From a virus (Duplodnaviria > Caudoviricetes): DNA of 28,778 nt. Made by a program: the position numbers and the translations under genes. Numbering within the stretch: the stretch's first letter is position 1; each line of letters opens with the position of its first letter. Positions 17,736-25,753 of this stretch are shown in pieces. The DNA lies in IMG/VR virus record IMGVR_UViG_3300032234_000100, positions 1-28,778 of that record; one strand, written 5' to 3'. The notes below the pieces were generated by a model. The model was not told the DNA's origin, made no database searches, and saw only the letters and a list, made by a program, of their open reading frames with translations.

Positions 17736-18246
17736 TTCGTAATTGTTGTCCTATCTTTTGAGCTATGAACATGATATAAGGGATGGCAATGTTAGCATCT
17801 AGCTTGCGTAACAGCTTAGCCTTTTGTTTGATGTGAGCATCAGCATAGTGTTCAGTAGGTGTAAGGTCCTCACGTTTGAACATGACAGCTAACATCTCAG
17901 ATATATATCCTTTATTTTTATGTAGTGCTACCTTCTCAATAATCTTGGTATCACGCACAGTTAATTTCATTTGTGCTCGGTAGATATAGCCTTCAAGCTC
18001 AAGCTCCTCCACTACAGGAAAATCTTTTTGTTCCATTGTGTTGAAGTTCTTAACAATCTCTACAAAGTCAGAAACATCCGTATCCCAAAACTCAGACTCA
18101 GGTATCCCCAGGTAAGCGAATACTTTAAGGTGTTTGTCAATGGGGTCAAGGCTAGTATCATTGTTGATATCAGTGATAGTTTCGAATTGCTCAATAGTCA
18201 GCTCATCAATTTGGTTGGGGATTTCCCTGTTTAAGATAGTTATCAT
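17707..18246 (-). CDS. Putative tail assembly chaperone, short paralog (G-like)
   Basis: 179 aa; IPNQIDELTIEQF N-terminus; aligns by eye along its length with 16995-17735. Confidence 0.55.
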   Translation of the reverse strand: MITILNREIPNQIDELTIEQFETITDINNDTSLDPIDKHLKVFAYLGIPESEFWDTDVSDFVEIVKNFNTMEQKDFPVVEELELEGYIYRAQMKLTVRDTKIIEKVALHKNKGYISEMLAVMFKREDLTPTEHYADAHIKQKAKLLRKLDANIAIPYIMFIAQKIGQQLRNDTPTEAVE

Positions 18247-18259
18247 GTTTTAAAATTTG

Positions 18260-18288
18260 AACAAATATAGGAAAATTATAATATAGGT
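18260..18288 (+). promoter_or_regulatory. Late-promoter motif copy 4
   Basis: AACA(18260-18263)-N15-TAATATAGGT(18279-18288)-A-ATG 18290. Confidence 0.7.
18262..18269 (-). promoter_or_regulatory. Bacteroidota -7 promoter element for the leftward operon
   Basis: The minus strand reads TATATTTG (perfect TAnnTTTG), ending 15 nt before ATG 18246. The -33 element is poorly placed (TTTG with a 24-nt spacer). Confidence 0.6.
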
Positions 18289-18289
18289 A

Positions 18290-19270
18290 ATGGCAAAAGA
18301 TAAACTACCAGTTTACAAAATAACTATTGATCCTGAGTACTCTGAGAATGGTCAAGACTTAGGTATCGAACAGATAGCTTTTACATCCACTCCGGCCATC
18401 AAAGTCATGGGGATGGCATTCAGTGCTCAGACAAAGCCGATGAGATTTAACGATGAGATAAAGTACCGTATCACTGCACCTGCTTTGATACCTATGGAGA
18501 TCTATCGCTTTGATGAGGATACAGATGAGGAGTACTATGTTAAATTTACTGCCGAAGAAATAGAGAAGATTCATGCTAAGTTCATGAAGGATATGTTGAA
18601 TAAGGACCTATTCAACTTGGAACATGATACTGAAAAGACTGTACCTGCCTATGTACTTGAGGCATGGATAGTAGACACTCCAAAAGAGGACAAGGCTTAC
18701 TCATCATTTGGTATTGAAGTACCGGAGGGTACACTTATGGTTACTGCCCAGGTAACTGATAAAGAGTACTACGCTGAACTTGTAGCTCAAGAGCAAATAG
18801 GCTTCAGTATAGAGGGGTACTTAGGCATGAAACTAAAAGAGCAAAACAAATCCCAAATAAATACACAAATGAATGAGTTAATGTTGCCGGATGGCGAACA
18901 CATCATCAACGAAAAAATCTACGTTGTAAAAGACGGTAAAGTAGTTGAAGTAAAAGATGTTGAAAAAGTAGAGGCTTCTGAGGAAGTAGCCCTAGAAGAA
19001 ACTGTTATCGAAGAGGAAGTAACAGAAATCCCTGCAGAAGAAGAAACAATGGCGGTAGATCCTGTATTAGATGCAGAGGCTATCCTTGCTATTGTTAAGC
19101 CTGCAATGGATGAGCAAATCAATGCATTAGTAGCTATGATCGCTGACCTTAAGAACCAAGTTGAGGAGTTGATTAGTACTGAGGTAGAAGAGGAAGTAGT
19201 TGAAGAGGCTGTGGCTATGAGTGCACAGCAAAGATTTTCTAGTGTAAACAAATTCATAAACAACAAATAA
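18290..19270 (+). CDS. Prohead protease (XkdF/S78-like) fused to acidic scaffold
   Basis: FNLEHD, VPEGTLMVTAQV and GFSIEG, followed by a Glu-rich coiled region; directly upstream of the capsid gene. Confidence 0.8.
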   Translation: MAKDKLPVYKITIDPEYSENGQDLGIEQIAFTSTPAIKVMGMAFSAQTKPMRFNDEIKYRITAPALIPMEIYRFDEDTDEEYYVKFTAEEIEKIHAKFMKDMLNKDLFNLEHDTEKTVPAYVLEAWIVDTPKEDKAYSSFGIEVPEGTLMVTAQVTDKEYYAELVAQEQIGFSIEGYLGMKLKEQNKSQINTQMNELMLPDGEHIINEKIYVVKDGKVVEVKDVEKVEASEEVALEETVIEEEVTEIPAEEETMAVDPVLDAEAILAIVKPAMDEQINALVAMIADLKNQVEELISTEVEEEVVEEAVAMSAQQRFSSVNKFINNK

Positions 19271-19271
19271 A

Positions 19272-20189
19272 ATGCGTAAATTAAAATTCGATCTACAAGT
19301 AGATCCTACAGCTTTATTGGCTGCTAACCCAGAGGCATTCTATTCTAAGGCTTATTTGTCTGAGGATACTGCTGACAACTACCGTTCTTTACCAGGTGTA
19401 AAGTACAAAACTAAATTAGCTACCGTTACTTTCGGTAACATCTTACAACCATCTAGCTGTTCTTTCTCAGCTCCTAATGATGATTTAGATGCGAAAGAAA
19501 TTGACGTATGTGCTCTTTCTGCAATGGCTCAAATTTGTCAGTTTGACTTAGAGCAATCTTTCCTTTCTTTGCAAATGTCAAAAGGATCTAACGGAGATTT
19601 TTCTGTTGCTTCTTTCATGTCTTTCTATTGGTCAGAAATGGCTAACAAAATCAATGGTGACATCGAGTCAATCCGTTGGAAAGGTGACACAGGTTCTGCT
19701 AACCCTACACTTGCTTTGTGTGATGGTTACGAAAAATTGTTAGGATTAGACATCAATGTTATCAATGGTGGTACTGGAGTTATTTCTAACTTCGCTGCAT
19801 TAGAGACTAAGTTATCTGCTGCATTTGCTTTACTTCCTGCAACTATTGCAACTCGTACAGCTGACCTACGTATCTACATGCCTACTCAATTAGTTAACAT
19901 GTACCGATTAGGTGTAGCTTCAGGTAACACTCAAGCATACATTACTCAAGATTTGAACTTGACTTTCTTAGGTATCAAAATCGTAGTATGTCCAGGTATG
20001 AGCAACAACGTTTTTGTTATCACTTTGAAAGATAACCTTATCTATGCATTCGATGCTGAAGGTGATAGCTCTGATCTACGTGCTGTTAACTTAGCTGACA
20101 CTGTAGCTGAGCCTTACATCCGTACACGTGCTAACATGAAAGTAGGTTTCAACTTTGTTAACCCTGCTGAGATAGTTTTCTACGCATAA
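19272..20189 (+). CDS. Major capsid protein
   Basis: 305 aa directly after the protease/scaffold; strongly biased codon use; followed by a hairpin. Confidence 0.8.
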   Translation: MRKLKFDLQVDPTALLAANPEAFYSKAYLSEDTADNYRSLPGVKYKTKLATVTFGNILQPSSCSFSAPNDDLDAKEIDVCALSAMAQICQFDLEQSFLSLQMSKGSNGDFSVASFMSFYWSEMANKINGDIESIRWKGDTGSANPTLALCDGYEKLLGLDINVINGGTGVISNFAALETKLSAAFALLPATIATRTADLRIYMPTQLVNMYRLGVASGNTQAYITQDLNLTFLGIKIVVCPGMSNNVFVITLKDNLIYAFDAEGDSSDLRAVNLADTVAEPYIRTRANMKVGFNFVNPAEIVFYA

Positions 20190-20199
20190 TAATAATCAT

Positions 20200-20224
20200 G
20201 AGCCCTCTACCAAGGGGGCTCTTT
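20200..20224 (+). terminator. Hairpin / weak intrinsic terminator after the capsid gene
   Basis: GAGCCCTCT-ACCA-AGGGGGCTC-TTT; the short U tract suggests read-through to the tail tube gene. Confidence 0.65.
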
Positions 20225-20238
20225 AATACTTTAATATC

Positions 20239-20781
20239 ATGGCTTGTCAAGCATTAGAAGCAATCGTAAAATCATGCGACAACAACAGTGGTGGTATCTA
20301 TGGTATCTGGATTAACCAACAAGATGAGATCGCATCTATCACACCAACCGACCCATCAGCTGGTTCAGGATGGGAGATAACAGGTATCACTCTTGCAGGT
20401 ACTCCTCCAGTACTATTTGAAAACTTCTACGTTCGTCGTAACACATCTAACTTTACTGAGGACAGTACTATTGACCTCGTTAATGGTAGCTCATTTGTCA
20501 CTCAGACAATTAACTTAATGTTCCATAGAAGAGATAAAGATAAGTCTCGTGCTATCAAAATCTTAGGAGCAGGACAACAATACTTAGCAGCTATCGTATT
20601 AGATGCTAATGGTAAGTATTGGTACTTCCCTTACTTGCAGGTATCTGCTACAGGTGAAGGTTCAGGAACAGCTCGAGCTGATGGTTCAAAATACTCTGTT
20701 ACTTTGGTAGCTGAGAATGAGTACCTAGCTTATGAGGTAGACATGCTACCTGCTGCACTTCAAGCAATCGGAGTTATATAA
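20239..20781 (+). CDS. Major tail (tube) protein
   Basis: 180 aa; CDNNSGGIYGIWI, QTINLMF, IVLDANGKYW, GSGTARADGSKYSVTL; same codon bias as the capsid gene. Confidence 0.65.
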   Translation: MACQALEAIVKSCDNNSGGIYGIWINQQDEIASITPTDPSAGSGWEITGITLAGTPPVLFENFYVRRNTSNFTEDSTIDLVNGSSFVTQTINLMFHRRDKDKSRAIKILGAGQQYLAAIVLDANGKYWYFPYLQVSATGEGSGTARADGSKYSVTLVAENEYLAYEVDMLPAALQAIGVI

Positions 20782-20804
20782 GTTCTTTATTTCTCTACAT
20801 AGCG

Positions 20805-20835
20805 AAAGGGCCTACCGTAATGGTGGGCCTTTTTT
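20805..20835 (+). terminator. Intrinsic terminator
   Basis: AAAGGGCCTACC-GTAAT-GGTGGGCC-TTTTTT. Confidence 0.85.
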
Positions 20836-20838
20836 GTG

Positions 20839-20868
20839 AACATTTGTAAAGTCTAATTTAATATAGGT
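20839..20868 (+). promoter_or_regulatory. Late-promoter motif copy 5
   Basis: AACA(20839-20842)-N16-TAATATAGGT(20859-20868)-GTG 20869; immediately after a terminator. Confidence 0.75.
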
Positions 20869-21219
20869 GTGATATACTTAGATCAAGGTGTTATTAATCA
20901 GTTTGTACTGACTCTATCAGAAGTCACTACGGTTAGTACACCACATTATTTGTTTGTGTTCACCAATGAAATGAATACTACTAGCACACCACAGCTATTT
21001 ACATCTGCTGATACAAGTGCATACCCTGAAAGATACAATCTGTTTACTCTTGATGAGCCAACGGATATATCACTTTTAAAAGGGCAGTACACGTATGAAG
21101 TATATGAAAGCTCTACCCCATTTGTCCTACCACTGGATATCTCACAGACTACAGGAGTAGTAATTGAGGAAGGTAGAATGGTAGTAAGTGGTCCAGTAGG
21201 TAACTCAATATACGATTAA
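20869..21219 (+). CDS. Small virion protein, possible head-closure/connector
   Basis: 116 aa, beta-rich (GQYTYEVYE...IEEGRMVV), GTG start, upstream of the portal gene. Confidence 0.55.
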   Translation: MIYLDQGVINQFVLTLSEVTTVSTPHYLFVFTNEMNTTSTPQLFTSADTSAYPERYNLFTLDEPTDISLLKGQYTYEVYESSTPFVLPLDISQTTGVVIEEGRMVVSGPVGNSIYD

Positions 21220-21220
21220 T

Positions 21221-22549
21221 ATGGCATGGTACGATAGATTTATTAACAGCAAACCCAAAGGGCCCGAAGTAGTAGAGGGCTATCAATCTTTTAGCACTCC
21301 ATTTCTACCTGTTGGTAGAGGCAATTTAACTTTGCCCTATGTCAATGGTAGATACGTACAAGAGTCTTGGGTTCGTTTCGGTGAAGGTAACCTATATCCA
21401 GAACTGCTTAACCAAATGTACTACAGCTCACCTTTACATGGTGCCATTGTAGATTTTAAGACAAATGCTGTAATCGGTGGAGGGTTTAATATCATAACTG
21501 ACAAGCTAACTCCCCAGGAGAAACTTGACATGTACTCTTTTGAAAAGAAAGTTAACCTTAAGCACACCGTTAAGGCTGTGACTAGACAGTTAATTCTACA
21601 CAATCGGGTATATTTTAAGCTATATTTTGGTGAAAAAAGAAAGCTTATCAAGGTAGAGAACATATCACCGGAGAAAGTACGTATATCACCATGCAGAAAA
21701 TACTACTATTTGTCTGATGACTGGAGCACTCGTATAGATACTGAGAAAATTAAGCCTTATCACATTGCATGTAGTGACGAAATACAGCTATATTGCTATG
21801 AGGTCAAGTCAGTAGGTCAAGATTATTACCCATTACCTACCTATACAAGTGCATTAAACTTTGCTTTTTTAAGTGGTGAGCTATCTTACTTCGCTAAAAG
21901 CAACATTCAAAATAGTGTGTTCCCATCATTTGCTATGATGTTCCCAAAAAGACCACAGTCTGAGGAGGAAAAACACATGATCAAGGAAACTATTGACCGT
22001 CTTAAGGGTGCAGCTAATGCCGGTAAGGCTGTTGCGTTCTTTGCCAATAGTGCGGACCAACTACCTAAGATTGAAAGCTTACCAACTAATGACAATGATA
22101 AGCTATTTCATGAGGCATCTGCATTGAATACTGAACAAATATGTTTTGCTCATACCATTGACCCTATCTTGTTAGGGGTGCGTACATCCGGTAGCCTGGG
22201 TAATGGAAGTGACATCAAGCAGGCTTATGTGATATTTGAAAAGAACGTAGTAATGGAGCTACGTATGCAAATCACTACGATATTCCAAGAGCTATTAACC
22301 ATTGCTAAAATCCCTGCAGATTTCACAATCAATAACTTCCAAATAATTAATGAGACTATAGTGGAGCTTGAGGGTGAAAGCTCTAAAACTAACGATGCAT
22401 TGAACACATTGAGTCCATTGGTAGCTACCAAAGTACTTGAGACCATGACCATCAATGAGATTAGAGCATTGGCTTCACTTCCTCCAGTAAATGGTGGAGA
22501 TGTTACACAAGCAGCTGCAACTGCAGCAGCACAAATACCTGTAGTATAA
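21221..22549 (+). CDS. Portal protein
   Basis: 442 aa; SSPLHGAIVDFK, YYPLPTY, GAANAGK, QICFAHTI and MTINEIRAL are portal-like motifs. Confidence 0.85.
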   Translation: MAWYDRFINSKPKGPEVVEGYQSFSTPFLPVGRGNLTLPYVNGRYVQESWVRFGEGNLYPELLNQMYYSSPLHGAIVDFKTNAVIGGGFNIITDKLTPQEKLDMYSFEKKVNLKHTVKAVTRQLILHNRVYFKLYFGEKRKLIKVENISPEKVRISPCRKYYYLSDDWSTRIDTEKIKPYHIACSDEIQLYCYEVKSVGQDYYPLPTYTSALNFAFLSGELSYFAKSNIQNSVFPSFAMMFPKRPQSEEEKHMIKETIDRLKGAANAGKAVAFFANSADQLPKIESLPTNDNDKLFHEASALNTEQICFAHTIDPILLGVRTSGSLGNGSDIKQAYVIFEKNVVMELRMQITTIFQELLTIAKIPADFTINNFQIINETIVELEGESSKTNDALNTLSPLVATKVLETMTINEIRALASLPPVNGGDVTQAAATAAAQIPVV

Positions 22550-23115
22550 TGTTGTATTTTATCACTGAAACCTACCTTAAGACTAACACACCTATCACAG
22601 CCAATGTGGATGTAACAGATGTGACCCCATACATAGCTACACAATCAGCTTTAAGGATACAGCCTATACTTGGCACAGTGTTCTACAATCACATGCTAAC
22701 TGCATACAACAATCAGACACTTACACCGGATGAGATTGACCTAGTAGAGTTCATTCAGCCAGTTATCGCATGGAGAAGTGCAGAGGATGCGGTATTTGGA
22801 TTGACGTATCAGCTAAAAAATAAAGGACTTCAGACTCAAAATGGTGATTATTCTGCAAGCGTATCACGTAATGAGGTAGCTTTTGGCATGGAGCACTATG
22901 CACAAAAGGCTAGTTTTTTTGAGCAACGTCTAATCAGATGGCTATTAGCTAACAGAAATCTGTTCCCAATATTCATATCTACTACCAACATGGATACTGA
23001 TCTAAGACCAATGTTTAACCACTGCTCTTGTATCAATCAGTATCAAACAACTTGCACAGGTATGTGTGGTAACTTACGAGAAAACGGATACAATAACAAC
23101 ATCCTTATTCTATAA
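22549..23115 (+). CDS. Probable head-tail adaptor
   Basis: 188 aa helical protein following the portal gene (AQ/IQPILGT-type motif). Confidence 0.55.
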   Translation: MLYFITETYLKTNTPITANVDVTDVTPYIATQSALRIQPILGTVFYNHMLTAYNNQTLTPDEIDLVEFIQPVIAWRSAEDAVFGLTYQLKNKGLQTQNGDYSASVSRNEVAFGMEHYAQKASFFEQRLIRWLLANRNLFPIFISTTNMDTDLRPMFNHCSCINQYQTTCTGMCGNLRENGYNNNILIL

Positions 23116-23606
23116 TGGAGTCACAGGTAGCTATCTTACTAAAAACAATGCAGGCTAACTGGATTAAATTGTTAGCTACTATAAGTGCATTCTTAATGCC
23201 AATATCAGGGCTGCTATTTTTGGTAGGTTTTGTTATCGTACTTGATACTATCACAGGTGTATGGAAATCAATAAAGAACAAAACAAAGATAACTAGCAGG
23301 GGCCTCAGTGCTATCATTAGCAAGATGCTACTTTATGAGGTAACGGTTATCCTGTTCTATATGATAGATCATTTTATCCTTAACAATATCATACTTCAGT
23401 TCTTTTCAGTACAGCTGTTACTCACTAAGATACTTGCACTCATCCTGGTTAGCATTGAAGTCATGAGCATTAACGAAAACTACAAAGCGGTAAAAGGGCT
23501 TGACCTATGGCAGGCTATGAAAAATCTTTTCGCTAGAGCTAAGGATATAAAAAAGGAAGTAGATGAAATTAGACACAACCAAGATATTACAGGAACGCCT
23601 ATCTAA
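23115..23606 (+). CDS. Holin (Phage_holin_4_1-like)
   Basis: TM helices, LDTITGVWKS, ITSRGL and IEVMSINEN; upstream of the lysin. Confidence 0.85.
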   Translation: MESQVAILLKTMQANWIKLLATISAFLMPISGLLFLVGFVIVLDTITGVWKSIKNKTKITSRGLSAIISKMLLYEVTVILFYMIDHFILNNIILQFFSVQLLLTKILALILVSIEVMSINENYKAVKGLDLWQAMKNLFARAKDIKKEVDEIRHNQDITGTPI

Positions 23607-24210
23607 TGCACAGTACTTCCATGAGGAGTCTGAAAAAACACAGATCTATTTACACCATACAGCAGGCAACGGGAACCCAGTAGCTGTGTCACGTTGGTGG
23701 AATAGCAACGGAGATAGAATAGCTACTGCATTTGTGGTAGGTGAGAAGGGAACCATTGTACAGTGCTTCAGCTCCAGGCATTGGGCTTATCACTTAGGTA
23801 TAGATTCTCAAGATTTCTCAATACATGGACTCAAGTACCAAAACTTAAACAAGCTATCCGTAGGTATTGAGGTGTGTAACTGGGGCCCATTAAAGCTAAG
23901 AGATGGAAAGTACTACAACTATGTTAAAAGTATTGTAGATCCATCCATGGTAACTACATTAGATGCACCATACAAGGGTAACATCCATTGGTATAAGTAT
24001 ACGGATGAGCAAATTGAAAGCACTCGACAGTTGGTAGAGTACCTGTGTGAGACCTATGACATTCCCAAGGCTTACCGGTCAGAGATATTTAGCATTGATA
24101 AGGAAGCATTCAAAGGTACTCCTGGGATTTATACACATAACAGTGTTAGAAAAGACAAGGCGGATATTTACCCATGCCCCCGAATGATTAAGATGTTACA
24201 AAGCCTATAG
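23563..24210 (+). CDS. Endolysin, N-acetylmuramoyl-L-alanine amidase (Amidase_2)
   Basis: IYLHHTAG, WAYHLG, SVGIEVCN, YTDEQIES, THNSVRKDKADIYP. Confidence 0.88.
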   Translation: MKLDTTKILQERLSNAQYFHEESEKTQIYLHHTAGNGNPVAVSRWWNSNGDRIATAFVVGEKGTIVQCFSSRHWAYHLGIDSQDFSIHGLKYQNLNKLSVGIEVCNWGPLKLRDGKYYNYVKSIVDPSMVTTLDAPYKGNIHWYKYTDEQIESTRQLVEYLCETYDIPKAYRSEIFSIDKEAFKGTPGIYTHNSVRKDKADIYPCPRMIKMLQSL

Positions 24211-24213
24211 CAC

Positions 24214-24678
24214 ATGAGACTTTCAATAATTATTTTGTCGCTAGTTTCTACTATATTTGCGACATCCTGTTCAGCTCCAAAGCGTGCTCAATGGCACTAT
24301 AAGAAAGCGTTAAAAAATGGGTTGAAGGTAGTGCAAGAAAGTGATACTATCCGTATAACTACCATTGATAGCATTCCAGTGATCATGAATGATACTATCG
24401 TATGGCAGAAGTATATCACAACCAAGGATACTATCATCCAATTTAAGAACATCTATATTCCCCGTACAAGATTCCAGGAAAGGATACTCTATAAGGAACG
24501 GATAAAAACTCTAAAGATAAAAGGGGATACTCAGTGGAAAACAGCTAAGGCAAAGCAGGTAGTAAAGTATAGATGGGCGTGGTGGCCTATTGTTATATCA
24601 TTCTTTATTGGTATCTTGCTTCGGTTTTTAATTCAAAAGGGGTTGCTAGATAGGATAGCCCTGCTATTTAAGCTATGA
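24214..24678 (+). CDS. Probable unimolecular spanin (N-terminal lipoprotein signal plus C-terminal TMD)
   Basis: MRLSIIILSLVSTIFATSC lipobox-like; beta-rich DTI repeats; C-terminal WWPIVISFFIGILLRFLI. Confidence 0.65.
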   Translation: MRLSIIILSLVSTIFATSCSAPKRAQWHYKKALKNGLKVVQESDTIRITTIDSIPVIMNDTIVWQKYITTKDTIIQFKNIYIPRTRFQERILYKERIKTLKIKGDTQWKTAKAKQVVKYRWAWWPIVISFFIGILLRFLIQKGLLDRIALLFKL

Positions 24679-25451
24679 GAAAACGACTATTTTACGACAT
24701 TGAAACATCTTTTAATGTCGGTGTGTTCTGGAGGACAGGATACAACCTAACAATTAACCCAGGTGATATCATTCATGAACGTGCTATCATCTGCATCTGC
24801 TATAAATGGGAAGGTGAGGATGAGATACACAGCCTAACATGGTCCAAAAATCAGAGTGATAAGAAAATGATAGAGCAATTCGTCAAAGTTTTAGCTCAAG
24901 CCGATGAGATAGTGGCTCACAATGGAGATAGGTTTGACCTCAAATGGATACGCACAAGAGCTTTATTCCATGGTATTAGTGTTATGCCATCCCCAAAGAC
25001 CATAGACACTCTTAAATGGGCTAAAAAGTACTTCAATTTTAATAGTAACAAGCTTGACTATATAGCTAAGTTACTTAAGGTAGGTGCTAAGATGGATACT
25101 GGAGGCTTAGATCTATGGAAAGATATCGTATTTCGCAAAGACCAGGAAGCCCTGGATAAAATGGTAGCCTATTGTAAGATGGATGTTGAGGTACTTGAGT
25201 CAGTATTTGAAAAGCTTAACAGTTATACCCTTGCAAATCACAACTATGCAGTGCAGCATGGAGGTGATAAGTACGAATGTGCCGAATGTGGAGGTACTAA
25301 TCACAGGTACAATAAAAAAGTAGTCACTGCTTCTGGTACTGTGCACCATTGGTTGCATTGTAGAGATTGTAAAAAACATAATAAAGTAAATCATCTAGTA
25401 TTTACTAAGTACCAAGAGTACCTATATACCCGTAAGAAAAATATTTCTTAA
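24675..25451 (+). CDS. RNase H-fold DEDD 3'-5' exonuclease (PolB-exo / RNase_H_2-like) with C-terminal Zn ribbon
   Basis: FYDIET, VAHNGDRFDL, SNKLDYIA, YCKMDV; CAECG...CRDC. Confidence 0.8.
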   Translation: MRKRLFYDIETSFNVGVFWRTGYNLTINPGDIIHERAIICICYKWEGEDEIHSLTWSKNQSDKKMIEQFVKVLAQADEIVAHNGDRFDLKWIRTRALFHGISVMPSPKTIDTLKWAKKYFNFNSNKLDYIAKLLKVGAKMDTGGLDLWKDIVFRKDQEALDKMVAYCKMDVEVLESVFEKLNSYTLANHNYAVQHGGDKYECAECGGTNHRYNKKVVTASGTVHHWLHCRDCKKHNKVNHLVFTKYQEYLYTRKKNIS

Positions 25452-25502
25452 GCTTATAGCCTTAAATTTACTGAGATTATTCAGCTTATACGCTGCATTC
25501 TT

Positions 25503-25521
25503 ATTTAGAATGATTATAAAT
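25503..25521. promoter_or_regulatory. 9-1-9 inverted repeat resembling a Fur/PerR-family box
   Basis: ATTTAGAAT-G-ATTATAAAT (8/9 symmetric); the core TTAGAATGATTATAA fits TTANAATNATTNTAA. Confidence 0.5.
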
Positions 25522-25533
25522 TGTGCATAATTA

Positions 25534-25563
25534 TTTGCATATATGAAACTTTTTATATCTTTG
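25534..25563 (+). promoter_or_regulatory. Consensus Bacteroidota primary-sigma promoter (early)
   Basis: TTTG(25534-25537)-N18-TATCTTTG(25556-25563). Confidence 0.8.
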
Positions 25564-25591
25564 TCAGGTATTAACACTTAAAAATTTAGTT

Positions 25592-25753
25592 ATGATAGAG
25601 CAAATCAAAGCGTATGAGCAGGAACTTAAGTTCCAATATGAGGAGCTAATGGATGCATTTGGACCATTAGACTCAGCTACTCAAAGAGCATTCTTAGAAT
25701 GGAATGTCATGGATGAATTACTAACCCGTTTAAACCTACAAGATGAAAAATAA
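25592..25753 (+). CDS. 53-aa acidic early protein (not in the ORF track)
   Basis: MIEQIKAYEQELKFQYEELMDAFGPLDSATQRAFLEW...DEK*; first gene after the promoter. Confidence 0.7.
   Translation: MIEQIKAYEQELKFQYEELMDAFGPLDSATQRAFLEWNVMDELLTRLNLQDEK

Noticed and set aside
17707-17760. Programmed -1 frameshift joining the two reverse-strand genes
   Set aside because: The downstream ORF is in the +1 frame, has its own ATG with an in-frame TAG five codons upstream, and there is no XXXYYYZ slippery heptamer.
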